64,000 nt of DNA from Rhodothermales bacterium (GCA_038232935.1 JBBSMX010000002.1:9231-73230), one strand, 5' to 3'; shown: positions 29,757-40,196, counted from the first letter of the stretch. A program made the numbers and translations. Notes: generated from the letters alone by a model not told the origin.

Positions 29757-31268
29757 TCAGAGTTGGCCGAGGGCGGCTTTCGCACGCTGTTCGAGCGCTT
29801 TGTTGTACTCGAACGGCTGGTCGTAGGCGAGGGCACGCTCGTACGCAGTCCGGGCAGCGGCCTTATCTCCCTGCGCCTCGTACACCTCGCCGATGTAGTA
29901 CTGCGCCCACGGCCCCCACTTCGCGAGGGGGTCTCCGGGGCGGCTCACGGCGAACTGGTAGTGGCGGAGCGCTTCGCTCCACTCTTCGAGCGCGTGGTAC
30001 GCCCGCCCGCTGCGGTAGGAGGCCTCGGCGCGGGCGAGCGGCGGGGCCTGCTGATCGCCCAGCACAGGCTGGAGCGTCTTGATCGCCTCCCGGTAGCGCC
30101 CGCCGTCGAAGGCGTTGCGGCCGAGCAGGAGGGTGCGCTCCTGCGCCGAGAGCGGGGCTTCCTGCCGCTCCTTCGCCTCACGCAGCGCAGCGGCATCGCT
30201 GTCGTAGTCCTTCCGCGTGCGCACGCGTTCGTACTCCCGAATGGCTCCCGCCCGGTCCCCCGCCATCTCTAGTGCGAGCCCGGCGTGCAGGTGCGCCTGT
30301 GCCAGCAGCGCCTCGCCCCGGAACGTGCTCAGGTAACGCTGGAAGGAGCGCGCGGCTTCGGCGAACTTGTTCTGCCGGAAGAGCGCCTCCCCGAGGTAGT
30401 AGTCCACGTACGGCATCGAAAACGTGCCGGGTGCCCGGAGCAGCCGCTCAGTGTGGCGCAGCTCCCGTTCCGCCTCCGCCGCGCGCCGCAGCCCGAGTAG
30501 CGCGAAGCCGTGGATGTAGCTCACGAGGGGGCTCTCCGGGTTCCGCCGCTGCAACGCTACCACATACTCGATCCCCTCCTCCTTCGCCTCGTTCACCATG
30601 ATGTCCGTGAGCGCGAAGACCATGGACGCCTCGTCCCGGTAATACACGCTCCGCCGCGCCGACGTCTCCATCTCGACCAACCCCTGCGGCACGGTCCCGC
30701 TGAACCCCATCAGCTTCAGCACCCACCGGAACGACTTCGGCACGAGGCCGACGGCGGCGTGGCACAGCCCCATCCCCCACGTCGATTCGAAGAAGTCAGG
30801 GTGCTCTTCCACGTTCTTCTCGAAGTGGTTGTACGCCCGACGCAGCGCGAAGGCGGCCTTCGTGTACTCCGTTTTCTTTGCATGGATAACGGCGCGGTGC
30901 AGCTCGGTCTCGGCGCGGAAGTGCGTGCGCCACGGCGACTCCGGCATCGCGTCGATTTCTTCGAGTAGCCGGTCGCTCCGCTCGAAGAATTGATCGTAGA
31001 GGTCGTCCTGCTCCAGAATCATCGCCCGCCACAGCGCGATCTTCGAGAGGTGCAAGAGCGCGGCCGGGCGGCCCGACGGCTGCGCAGCGAGGCGCTCGAA
31101 TGACGCCTCGGCCGCGTCGAGCCGGAACGCGATCATCTCCGCCCGCCCCCGTTCGAGGAGCGCGACCGCCTCGGGCTCGCGGACGAGCATCGGCCCCGGA
31201 TCGGTCGAAGCCAACACGGCCGGCGCGGCGAGCCAGAGAACGAGGAGAAACGGGAAGCGATATCGCAT
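29757..31268 (-). CDS. secreted TPR repeat protein
   Basis: 503 aa, signal peptide MRYRFPFLLVLWLAAPAVLAS. Multiple TPR-like repeats (AEASYRSGRAYHALEEW..., YYIGEVYEAQGDKAAARTAYERAL). Confidence 0.55.
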   Translation of the reverse strand: MRYRFPFLLVLWLAAPAVLASTDPGPMLVREPEAVALLERGRAEMIAFRLDAAEASFERLAAQPSGRPAALLHLSKIALWRAMILEQDDLYDQFFERSDRLLEEIDAMPESPWRTHFRAETELHRAVIHAKKTEYTKAAFALRRAYNHFEKNVEEHPDFFESTWGMGLCHAAVGLVPKSFRWVLKLMGFSGTVPQGLVEMETSARRSVYYRDEASMVFALTDIMVNEAKEEGIEYVVALQRRNPESPLVSYIHGFALLGLRRAAEAERELRHTERLLRAPGTFSMPYVDYYLGEALFRQNKFAEAARSFQRYLSTFRGEALLAQAHLHAGLALEMAGDRAGAIREYERVRTRKDYDSDAAALREAKERQEAPLSAQERTLLLGRNAFDGGRYREAIKTLQPVLGDQQAPPLARAEASYRSGRAYHALEEWSEALRHYQFAVSRPGDPLAKWGPWAQYYIGEVYEAQGDKAAARTAYERALAYDQPFEYNKALEQRAKAALGQL

Positions 31269-31489
31269 CGGGAGGGGGATGGTCCTATGTCTGTACTATC
31301 CGTTCACATCAAAAAGAGGTCCATCATCTCGACCGGAGCGAGCAGAGCGCAGAAGCCCCGTAGGGCTCATGCGGGGCTTCGCGCGGGATGACGAGATTAG
31401 GTCTGTAGTGTGCGGGAGTCTGTCCTACGCGGGGATCGGTTTTCGGTATCGGCCAGCCGCTCGCTGGCCTCGATGAGCGCTCCGCCCCC

Positions 31490-32824
31490 TCACGCTTCGG
31501 CCGTCACGCGAACGTGATCGGCGGCGGGATCGAGGTTCGGCAGGCCGAGCTGGCCTTCGGAAGCAGCGATCACCGTCGCCACCGTCGCATCGCCGGTGAC
31601 GTTCGTCACGGTGCGGAGCATGTCGAGGATCCGGTCCACGCCGAGGATGAGCGCGATGCCCGCCACCGGGACGTTGATGGACTGCAGGATGATGACGAGC
31701 ATGATGATGCCTGCGCCCGGCACCGCCGCCGTCCCGATGGAGGCGAGGACGGCCGTAAAGACGATGGTGAGCTGGGCCGCGAGGCCGAGGTCGAGCCCGA
31801 TGGCCTGGGCGATGAACACGGCGGCGACGGCCTGGTAGAGCGCCGTCCCGTCCATGTTGATCGTCGCCCCGAGCGGGAGCACGAACGACGACACCTCCTC
31901 GCTCACGCCGAGCTTCTCCTCGCACCGCTCCATCGTCACCGGCAGCGTCGCCCCGCTCGACGACGTAGAGAACGCGACGAGCTGGGCGGGGCCGATTCCG
32001 CTGTAAAACGTCTTGAGCGACATCGGCGTGAACGATTTCAGGAGGACGGTGTACGTCACGAGCATGTGGATCGCGAGGCCGAGCACGACGGCGAGGCAGT
32101 AGTACCCGAGCGCGCCGACGAGTTCGACGATCCGGTTGACATCGTCCCCGGCGACCTGCGTGATCGTCCCTGCGAGCAGGGCGAAGACGCCGATGGGGGC
32201 CATCAGCATAATCACGTCCACGAGCCGGATAATGAGGTCGTTCAACCCGTCAATCACGTCGAGCACCGGCTTCGCCTTCTCGCGGGGAATCTGGATCAGC
32301 CCGATCCCGAGGAAGAGGGCAACGAACACCACTTGCAGCATATTCCCGTTGTCAGAGATCGACGCGAACAGGTTGCCCGGCACGATGTCCACAAGGAACT
32401 GGAGCGGGCCGCGCGACTGCACCGCCATCGCCGCGGCCTCCCGCGACGCCGCATCGCTGGCATAGGACGCGCCGAGTTCGGCCTGAAGCGAGGCCGGGAT
32501 CGCACTGCCGGGCTGGAGCAGGTTCACGATCACGAGCCCGATGGTGACCGCTACTGCTGTCGTCGCGAGGTAAATCAGGATCGTCTTGCCGCCGATGCGC
32601 GAGAGCTTCCGCAGGTCGCTGAGCGAGGCGACGCCGAGGATGAGCGACACCAGCACGAGCGGCACGGCGATGAGCTTGAGCGCGTTCAGAAAGATCGTCC
32701 CGAACGGCGCGATCCAGTTGGCCGTGAACGTGCCCCACCCGTTCGCAGCGGCAACCACGCCGTAGATCAGCCCGAGGACGAGGCCGAGGATGATCTGCCA
32801 GTGGAGCTTCTTGTACCAGGGCAT
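31490..32824 (-). CDS. dicarboxylate/amino acid:cation symporter (DAACS, GltP-like)
   Basis: 444 aa. Typical blocks AFSTSSSGATLPVTM, LGATINMDGTALYQ, AVPGAGIIML and TVTNVTGDA. Confidence 0.85.
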   Translation of the reverse strand: MPWYKKLHWQIILGLVLGLIYGVVAAANGWGTFTANWIAPFGTIFLNALKLIAVPLVLVSLILGVASLSDLRKLSRIGGKTILIYLATTAVAVTIGLVIVNLLQPGSAIPASLQAELGASYASDAASREAAAMAVQSRGPLQFLVDIVPGNLFASISDNGNMLQVVFVALFLGIGLIQIPREKAKPVLDVIDGLNDLIIRLVDVIMLMAPIGVFALLAGTITQVAGDDVNRIVELVGALGYYCLAVVLGLAIHMLVTYTVLLKSFTPMSLKTFYSGIGPAQLVAFSTSSSGATLPVTMERCEEKLGVSEEVSSFVLPLGATINMDGTALYQAVAAVFIAQAIGLDLGLAAQLTIVFTAVLASIGTAAVPGAGIIMLVIILQSINVPVAGIALILGVDRILDMLRTVTNVTGDATVATVIAASEGQLGLPNLDPAADHVRVTAEA

Positions 32825-32952
32825 GCGCGCTCAGGGTAGGTGGACGACGGAGAGAAAGTACGCACGGCAGGGGGCGAGCGTAGGGGCAAGGCGTGCCTTG
32901 CCCGTGGTAGAGCCAGCGACGACGTTCGGACACGGCGTGCCGTTTCCCTACG

Positions 32953-34437
32953 TCACAGCAGCGCCACGACGGCGGTGGGCACCGCGGCACCGGTGAGGGT
33001 ACAGGCGAGGTTCACGCGGTCGTTCGTGATCCAGCGCCAGCCGCGCACGAGAGCGTGGGCGTGCTCTCCGGAACGAGACCGCTCAGTCAGCCGCCCGCTC
33101 TGCGTATCGCGGTAGAGCGCCTGCGCCGTCGCCCCGAGCAGGCTGTCGACGAGCGCCGCTGCCATTCCGCCGCCGATGACGAGACCGGCCGCAGCCACCA
33201 CTCCGAGCGCCTCGACCTGCGCCCCGACGAAGGGCAGCAGGCTGAGAAAGACGGCGGTGGCTCCGGCGAGAGCGCCGAGCGTACCCGCGACGGAGACGCC
33301 GCCCGACGTGCCGGGCGGGACGCGTCGCCCGCTCCAGATCAGCCGCGTCGGCCCCTTCACGAGCGTGCCGATCTCGGTCCCCCATGTGTCGGCGGCGGCG
33401 GCGGCGAAGGCTCCGGCGTAGCCCCAGTACAGCGCGTCGGCGGGGACGAACACGTACGCGACGAGCAGCATCCACGCCACCCCGCCGTTGGCATAGACCT
33501 GCCCCGCGTCGCGCCGGCTGCCTTTCTCCGCGACCGCCTCCGACTCCGCTTTGCGCCGTCGCCCGAGCTTGGAGAGCAGGCTGGAAAGCACGAAGAACGT
33601 AGCACCCGGCACCGCCCACGCCGGGCCGAGCGCGACGACAGAGAACGCGAGGCCCGCAGCAGCGAGCGCCCCGGACAGGTCGAGAAATCGAAGAGCGAGG
33701 GCCGCCGCGCTGAATGCGGCAGCTACCGCGACGGCGGCGACCAACTCCCCCACCGCCTCGGGCGCGGCATGCAGCATCACGAGGGGCACGACGACGGCGA
33801 CTACGATGAAGAAATTATCCCATCCCCCGCTTGCCAGCGCCTCCGCTCCCGTCGCTACTATCGCCACGACAAAGGCGGCGGCGATGCCGGCCGGGGTCAG
33901 CCCGTGCCCGCCGAGCACGGCGAGGGCTCCCGCCGTGAGGGCAAAGGCCGAGAGAAAGAACGCCAGCGAGCCCGCCACCGACTTCTCATTCGCCCCCATG
34001 CGGAACCGCCTCGGCCGCGCCGACGACGTCCCCACAGCCGATGCCAGCGGGTCGGAGACGGCGAGGACGAGGAAGGCCGTCTGGAGGATGTAGACCCGAT
34101 CCGGATCGAGCGTCCAGCAGGTGAGGAGCGCGAACAGCAGCGCGAGTGGGTAGGTGACGGTCCCCCAACTTCGCCGCTCGATGGCGTGCATGCCCGGGAA
34201 GACGCGACGTGGCACCGCCCACAGGTTCACGACGACGAAGAGTCCGGCCAGCACGTACACCCCATCCGGCCGTGCGAACAAAAACGGGCAGCACGCCACG
34301 AGTACGCCGGTCAGCGCGTGGACGAACCGTCGCGACGCCTCGGGCCGCCAGCCTGCTTTCGCCCGAAGCACTTCTCCCATCCCGACCACGGTCAGCAACC
34401 CTAACCCGAAGAGGACGAATGCAGCGAAGTCGGTCAT
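32953..34437 (-). CDS. fusion membrane protein: prenol/phytol-kinase-like (COG0170-like) N-half + DUF92 (COG1836, VTE6-like) C-half
   Basis: N-half has SRRFVHALTGVL, like the SRK.VH..tG kinase motif. C-half has TWGTEIGTL...PPGTSGGVSVAGTLGALAGA, typical of DUF92. Polytopic throughout. Confidence 0.6.
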   Translation of the reverse strand: MTDFAAFVLFGLGLLTVVGMGEVLRAKAGWRPEASRRFVHALTGVLVACCPFLFARPDGVYVLAGLFVVVNLWAVPRRVFPGMHAIERRSWGTVTYPLALLFALLTCWTLDPDRVYILQTAFLVLAVSDPLASAVGTSSARPRRFRMGANEKSVAGSLAFFLSAFALTAGALAVLGGHGLTPAGIAAAFVVAIVATGAEALASGGWDNFFIVVAVVVPLVMLHAAPEAVGELVAAVAVAAAFSAAALALRFLDLSGALAAAGLAFSVVALGPAWAVPGATFFVLSSLLSKLGRRRKAESEAVAEKGSRRDAGQVYANGGVAWMLLVAYVFVPADALYWGYAGAFAAAAADTWGTEIGTLVKGPTRLIWSGRRVPPGTSGGVSVAGTLGALAGATAVFLSLLPFVGAQVEALGVVAAAGLVIGGGMAAALVDSLLGATAQALYRDTQSGRLTERSRSGEHAHALVRGWRWITNDRVNLACTLTGAAVPTAVVALL

Positions 34438-34531
34438 AGAGCTCTAAAATGTAGCGGCGTAAAACGTAAGGGTGCCGGCAGCGAAAGCATCGCCACCGGC
34501 ACCCTCATGCGTCAAACTCTACGCATTAACC

Positions 34532-35692
34532 CTACCGCAGCACGTTCAGCAGGAGGGAGAAGCGGAGCGTGTTCGCCAGCGGCGACTCGTCCTCCAGCGG
34601 GTAGATGTACGAGAAGTCGACGCCGATGAGGTTGTACCGGATGCCCGCGCCGAAGGTGAGGAATTTCCGGTTGCCGTTGAACGGGTCCTCATAGAAGAAG
34701 CCCGTGCGGAAGGCGAAGAGGTCGTTGTACCAGTACTCCAGCCCCGTCCCGACCGTGATCTGCCGGAGCACCCCGACATCCTCGAACCGCTCGCACTCAC
34801 TCCCCGAGCCCGGCTCTTTGCAGACGCGGATGCTCTTCCACGACGAGAAGATGGCCGTAGCGAACGACTTCGCGCCCGTGCTGTCGAAGTCCACGAGCGT
34901 CTTGTTGAAGTCCACGGCGAGGTTCAGCTTATTGAACTCGTCAAGCTGGGCGCTGAAGGCCCCGCCGAAGCGGAGGTTCGTCGGGATCGGGTCGTTGCGC
35001 CCGCCGCTGCCCACGGTGTAGCCGATGGCCGGCCCCATGTTGGCGAGGTTGAAGCCGAGCTTCGTCGTGACCGGGACGCTGCCGAGCTCGAACGGCTTGA
35101 AATTGTAGAGCGCCGCGAGGTCCACACCGACCGAGACCCCCGCCTTCGTCGTCGTTCCGCCTACTTCCTGCCCGCTCGACAGGTTCGAGTAGATCAGCCG
35201 CAGCCCGGTCCCGAGCGCGAGCCGCTCGGTGACCTGCCGGCCGTAGGACGCGCCGGCGGCGAGCTCGTACGAGCGGAAGTTGCCGAGCAGGACGTTGTTT
35301 CCGTCGCGGTACTCCTGCTCGCCGAGGTTGAGGAACGTGATGTGCCCGCCAAACGTGCCGATCCCCTCGAGGTGGTACTTCCCGACGAGGTATTCGTAGA
35401 AGAGGTCCGACGTGATGGCCGGGAGCCACTGCGCGTGCGTGAGCGAGACCTCGGCCCCCTGCTGCCCGGCGAGCCCGGCGGGGTTCCAGAAGATGGCGCT
35501 CGCGTTGTCGGCGAGGGCAACCCCGGCGTTGCCCATCCCGGAAGCCCGGCTGTCGGGCTCGATCTGGAGGAACGGGACGGCCGTCGTGTAGACGATCTGC
35601 TGAGCCAGAGCGCTCCCCGCCCCGAGAACGAGGGCCAGCAGGAAAGCGAAGAGAACGCGGCAAGCCGCGCCGGCAAAAGATGCAGTAGGCAT
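34532..35692 (-). CDS. porV: type IX secretion outer-membrane protein PorV (LptO)
   Basis: ATG 35692. Signal then VPFLQIEPDSRASGMGNAGVALADNASAIFWNPAGLA, the characteristic PorV N-terminal block. Lies directly downstream of porU. Confidence 0.8.
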   Translation of the reverse strand: MPTASFAGAACRVLFAFLLALVLGAGSALAQQIVYTTAVPFLQIEPDSRASGMGNAGVALADNASAIFWNPAGLAGQQGAEVSLTHAQWLPAITSDLFYEYLVGKYHLEGIGTFGGHITFLNLGEQEYRDGNNVLLGNFRSYELAAGASYGRQVTERLALGTGLRLIYSNLSSGQEVGGTTTKAGVSVGVDLAALYNFKPFELGSVPVTTKLGFNLANMGPAIGYTVGSGGRNDPIPTNLRFGGAFSAQLDEFNKLNLAVDFNKTLVDFDSTGAKSFATAIFSSWKSIRVCKEPGSGSECERFEDVGVLRQITVGTGLEYWYNDLFAFRTGFFYEDPFNGNRKFLTFGAGIRYNLIGVDFSYIYPLEDESPLANTLRFSLLLNVLR

Positions 35693-35763
35693 AGGAAACG
35701 GATTAGCGATGGAATGAGACGGCAGGTCCCCCGGAGGCATAGAGCATACGGCTGAGCGTCGGC

Positions 35764-38700
35764 TTATCGTATGACGGCGAGGCGCTCGATGTGCTCGGAC
35801 ACCTGCTTCTCGCCATCCGGTCGCTCCACCTCTACGCGCACGTTGTAGAGGTAAATGCCGGTGGCGAGAGTGTCGAAGTCTTCGTCGCGGCCGTCCCACG
35901 GGATCTGGACGAGCGAGCCGGTGAAGACGCCGGCGGCGAGCGTCTGGTCGGCGTCGAGCGTGCGGACGGGCCGGCCGGAGAGGGTGTAGATGCGGAGCTG
36001 GACGCGGGCGACGGTGCCCGGCGGCTGGTTGTGCTCGAACACGAAGCGCGTCGGCCCGCTCGTCGGGTTGGGGTAGTTGTAGACGTTACGGAGGACGAGC
36101 TCCCCGTCCGGCTCCACGAAGTAGTCGAGGGTGGCCGTGGCCGAGTTGTTCGCCACGTCCCACGCGCGGAGCGTGAGGGTGTGCGGCCCCGGCGTCTGCT
36201 CCGGCATCTCGAACTCGACCGTGCCGCGCCGGAAGGAGTCGAGGTCGCCCCGGTAGAAGCGGCCGAGGTCGATGGCCTGCTGCTCGGCCCCGTCTACGGT
36301 CAGGAGCAGCTCGTGGCCGACGCCCGCCCCGACGGTGTTGATCCCGTTCTGATCGAAGAGCTTGGCGACGAGCACGGGCGTGGTGCCGACGAGGCCGCCG
36401 GGCACGAACGTCGTGTCGTTCATAAACAGGTCGACGCGCGGCCCCTCACTGTCTTGGATCGGGTTGGCGGAGGTCCCGCCGATGAGGAAGCGCTCGGTGA
36501 AGCCGAAGCCGTCCTGGCTGTCGGTGTCGGAGACGTAGACCGACACCCGCCCCGGCTCGTTCGAGTACGAGATGTCACGGGGGACGATGAAGCGCGTCGT
36601 CCACGCGCCGTCGCGGACCGTCGCACGGCCCCGGTAGATGAGGTCGCTGCGGACGTTGTACTGGCCGTCCGTGTGCCGGATCGCTTCTTCGGGAAGCAGC
36701 ACGGTCCGCTTCGCGTCGTACACAGCTACCTCGACTTCGCCGTTGTAGCCGGTATCGCGCAGGCCGTCGAAGCCGAGCACCTCGCCGGAGATCTCCGCCT
36801 CCTCCAGCGCCCGTAGCTCGGGCACCGAGGTCCTGACCTGCGTGCTGCCCTCCGTGTTCGCCTGCCCGAGGACCGCGACCGGTGCCACGGACAGCGCGGG
36901 GCCGCTCGTGCTCAACGCATCGACGGGACGGTTGCCCTCCCCGTCGCCCGGCTCGACTGGCTGCCCGTTGATGGACGTGACGGCGACCGGGCGCTCCGGA
37001 AGCTGGATGCGCATGCCGGGGTCGCCGAGGAAACTGAACTTGCGGTTATTGTTCTGCAGCCCTTCGGCCGTGTTCTTCGTCAGGCGGTAACTGTCGCCGA
37101 GGCGAAGGGGTCGCCCGTCCTCACCCCGAGCGAGGAGGGCCTTACTCAACTGAACATTGAGGCCGAGGTTGACGGACGTGGGAATGGAGCTGGTGTAGAC
37201 GAGTCGGGTTGTGGTGAAGACGCCCGCGGCCCCGCCACCGGCGTTGAGGAGAAACAGCTCGGCCCCGCTCTGCTCGTCGACCAAATCGTAGCGCCCGAAC
37301 GAGCACGTCGCCGTAATCACGATCGGCAGGCGCTCGGTATTGTCGAGGAGCATGATGTCCTCTTTAACGAGCAGCTTCTCGTCGGCGAGGGCGCTGGCGC
37401 CGCCGTGCCCGCTGTAGTTCCACACGAGCGTGCCCTCGTTGAAAGCCCGGATGATGTCTTGGTGGGCCTCGGGGTAGCGCGCGCCGAGCGCCGTCTGCAC
37501 GCGGGGGTACGTCATCGAGTAAATCTTCTGGACGTTCATCCCCGGGAAGTTGGCCTGCACCGTGTCTGCGACGAGGTCCGCGTTCTGCACGTGGAGATCG
37601 GTGTCGAAGGCGTTCGGAAACTGGTCGTCGGCGACGAAGGTGTAGCGGGTGCGCCACTCGCCCCGCGTCGTCGGGCTCTCGTAGCGCTCGATCTTGCGGA
37701 CCATGTCGAGGGCCTCGCCCGGCGAGCGCACCGGCAGCCGCCCCACGCCGATGTCTACTCGGTCAGCAGTTATACCATCATCGAAATAATTCCAGATGCC
37801 CTCGTCGTCGTCGAGCAGGGCGAAGTAGTCGTCGCTCGTGTACGAGCGGATGCGATCGAACGAGTTCTCGGTCTCGAAGACAGGGACCCAGTTGTTCTGG
37901 TCGCCGCCGGGCCGGATGCCGCGGAAATCGTAGTGGCCGTCGCCGAAGAGGAGGGCGTAGCGGAGCACGGGGTCGGTGTCCGGCCCGCGGTCGTAGAGGA
38001 AGCGGAGGTAATCGCGGACGGCCCGCATATCCACGAGCCCACCGGAGAACTCGTTGTATACCTGCTCGACGTTGACGACGAGCGGCTGGAGCCCGTCCCG
38101 CGCGCGGTAGGCCGCCAGCTCGTCGGCCGCCTCGCGGAACGCGGCGGCGACCACGATCACATAATCCGGGAAGCCGCCGACGGCGTGGAGGTTCTGGTTG
38201 GGGACGGCCTCGCCCGCTCCGGGCGCACGAATCGCCGCACTGCCCGTTGTAAACGCCACGAGCTCACGCGGTCGAGCAGGATCGACTGCCTCGATCTGCA
38301 CGCGATACGTCCCGTCGATGGCACGGACGCCGAGCCGCTGGATCGCCTGCGGCTCGGTCACGTCCCACACCTGCGGCTCGGTGCTGAAGCCGGAGAGCAC
38401 GAACTCGAAGGGTCCGGCCTCTCCGCCCGGCGTCGCGAACCGGAGGTAGCCGCTCTCAGCGCGGAGGTCCTGGGGGTAGAAGGCCTCGACGTAGTCAATC
38501 CAGCCTTGCGCGTTGCTCCCACCGCCTGAGAGCGTCATCTCAAGCTGGAGCGCCGAGGCCGCCGCAATACTCTGCTCGAACACCTCAACATCATCGCCCG
38601 CGAGGTTGCTCGCACGGGGCCGTAGCGTCGCGAGCGTCTGCCCGCCGCTGCGGAACGCAAGGTTGACCGTGGTGTTCGTTCGCGTTGCCGCGCGGGCACG

Positions 38701-39900
38701 GTAGCGGACGGTCCCCGCTGCGAGCCCCGCCGGAAGCGTGTCGAGGACGACGAGCGTGGGGCGAGACGGTACCACTTCGGGTCCCATCCAATCCAGCCCG
38801 GAGCCGCCGCCGTCGCGGTCGATCATCCCGTCCGGAACGTCCTGTTCCCGGAAGGTCCGCCCCGTGACCTGCGTCCGTACCGACGCGCCCGGCAGCTCGG
38901 CGAAGCCGGGATTGCCGACCCGCTGACCGGTCGGCCCATCGACCCGGATGAAGTAGTAGTTCCGCGTCGAGAACACGTTGAGGTAGTGGTGCCAACCAGG
39001 TTCGCCAGCGGCGGCTTCCGGATCCCAGCGCCAGCCGTTCTGAGACGACCCGTAGAAATACACGGCATCGCCCTCGTTGAACGCGCCGTCGCCGCCACCC
39101 ACTACGAACGAAGCATTCTCGGCGAGGTCCGCAATGCGAGGGGCGCTGTTGAGCGCCGGCAGCGGAGCGCCGCCGTTCCCGAACACCGTCACCCGGTCCG
39201 GGTCGATGGCGTTCGGCGAGAGCCCGAGGTTGGTGATAAAAGCCCGGTCGATCCGGTACATGCCGTCCTTCGTGACGGGCACCTTGAACCACGTCCCCGA
39301 GGCTAGCACACTCTGTTCTACGGCGAGGTGCGGGTTGTCCGCCCCCCCGGCACGGCTGGCCGCAGCCCCCGCCGTGCGCGCGACCTGCCCCCCTGCGAAG
39401 TGCACCGAGGCCACGACCCGTCGGTATCGGCGCAGCGTCTGCCGCTCGGGATCGTACTGAAGCATCCGGGCCACGAACGTCCCGACCGGGCGCCGCCGCT
39501 CCATCCCGACAGCTACGACATCGGCCGCGGGGCCTCCGAACGGGAGTTCCTCCAGCTCGGTGCCTCGTGGGGCCACGTACGGCACCTCATCGTAGTCCGC
39601 CGACAGCACCTCGACGATGGGCGGCGCGAGCGTGGGCAGCAGCAGCGGCTCGGACAGGACCCCACTACCGCGGACGGCGCGGAGCGCGAGACTGTACAGA
39701 TCCTCCCCCGACCTCACCGCTTCAGCCAGCGGGGTGGACCACGTCGCTGTAGCCTCGAAGACGACGCCGTTCTCGGTGCGTTCGATCACCCGCAGGGTCG
39801 GAGAGGTCGTGACCGACCGGGGTACCTCCTGGGCCTGTGCAGGTGCGAGGCCCCCGAGCCAGAAGGCACAGAGCGTAGCGATCCAGAAGCGGAGCGTCAT
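35764..39900 (-). CDS. porU: type IX secretion C-terminal signal peptidase PorU (C25/gingipain-like)
   Basis: ATG 39900 (MTLRFWIATLCAFWLGGLAPAQAQE). Gingipain-like His and Cys regions (WNYSGHGGASALAD; VITATCSFGRYD). Own C-terminal beta-sandwich tail. Size and porV adjacency fit. Confidence 0.8.
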   Translation of the reverse strand: MTLRFWIATLCAFWLGGLAPAQAQEVPRSVTTSPTLRVIERTENGVVFEATATWSTPLAEAVRSGEDLYSLALRAVRGSGVLSEPLLLPTLAPPIVEVLSADYDEVPYVAPRGTELEELPFGGPAADVVAVGMERRRPVGTFVARMLQYDPERQTLRRYRRVVASVHFAGGQVARTAGAAASRAGGADNPHLAVEQSVLASGTWFKVPVTKDGMYRIDRAFITNLGLSPNAIDPDRVTVFGNGGAPLPALNSAPRIADLAENASFVVGGGDGAFNEGDAVYFYGSSQNGWRWDPEAAAGEPGWHHYLNVFSTRNYYFIRVDGPTGQRVGNPGFAELPGASVRTQVTGRTFREQDVPDGMIDRDGGGSGLDWMGPEVVPSRPTLVVLDTLPAGLAAGTVRYRARAATRTNTTVNLAFRSGGQTLATLRPRASNLAGDDVEVFEQSIAAASALQLEMTLSGGGSNAQGWIDYVEAFYPQDLRAESGYLRFATPGGEAGPFEFVLSGFSTEPQVWDVTEPQAIQRLGVRAIDGTYRVQIEAVDPARPRELVAFTTGSAAIRAPGAGEAVPNQNLHAVGGFPDYVIVVAAAFREAADELAAYRARDGLQPLVVNVEQVYNEFSGGLVDMRAVRDYLRFLYDRGPDTDPVLRYALLFGDGHYDFRGIRPGGDQNNWVPVFETENSFDRIRSYTSDDYFALLDDDEGIWNYFDDGITADRVDIGVGRLPVRSPGEALDMVRKIERYESPTTRGEWRTRYTFVADDQFPNAFDTDLHVQNADLVADTVQANFPGMNVQKIYSMTYPRVQTALGARYPEAHQDIIRAFNEGTLVWNYSGHGGASALADEKLLVKEDIMLLDNTERLPIVITATCSFGRYDLVDEQSGAELFLLNAGGGAAGVFTTTRLVYTSSIPTSVNLGLNVQLSKALLARGEDGRPLRLGDSYRLTKNTAEGLQNNNRKFSFLGDPGMRIQLPERPVAVTSINGQPVEPGDGEGNRPVDALSTSGPALSVAPVAVLGQANTEGSTQVRTSVPELRALEEAEISGEVLGFDGLRDTGYNGEVEVAVYDAKRTVLLPEEAIRHTDGQYNVRSDLIYRGRATVRDGAWTTRFIVPRDISYSNEPGRVSVYVSDTDSQDGFGFTERFLIGGTSANPIQDSEGPRVDLFMNDTTFVPGGLVGTTPVLVAKLFDQNGINTVGAGVGHELLLTVDGAEQQAIDLGRFYRGDLDSFRRGTVEFEMPEQTPGPHTLTLRAWDVANNSATATLDYFVEPDGELVLRNVYNYPNPTSGPTRFVFEHNQPPGTVARVQLRIYTLSGRPVRTLDADQTLAAGVFTGSLVQIPWDGRDEDFDTLATGIYLYNVRVEVERPDGEKQVSEHIERLAVIR

Positions 39901-40196
39901 CGGGCGTTGCCTATCGAAAGAGGAATACAAGGTGCGTGGTCCTAACGCCAGCGGCGAGGAGGAGGTTCGTAAGCCTGTAGCAATCGGCATCGCCGAACTG
40001 CTGGGGGTAGCACCTGTATTCTATAGGCAACGTTGCGTTGAGGGGAGCTCGCCGACGCGCGCGGGCGCTTTTTCGTGCGAGCTTGCGAATATAGTCCCAT
40101 TCCGAACCGCAGACAAGGGCATCCCGCCGTCTCCACTGCCTCTCCGAAGTGGTTCTGGCCGTCGAATGAGCACAAGTTGAATACGCGCGGGGCCGC

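Noticed and set aside
31344-31470. Hairpins downstream of the DAACS transporter gene (gaagccccg/cggggcttc at 31344..31372; ggccagc/gctggcc at about 31452..31470) as terminators
   Set aside because: The stems are short (7-9 bp) and neither is followed by a U tract on the transcribed strand. They are too weak to annotate.
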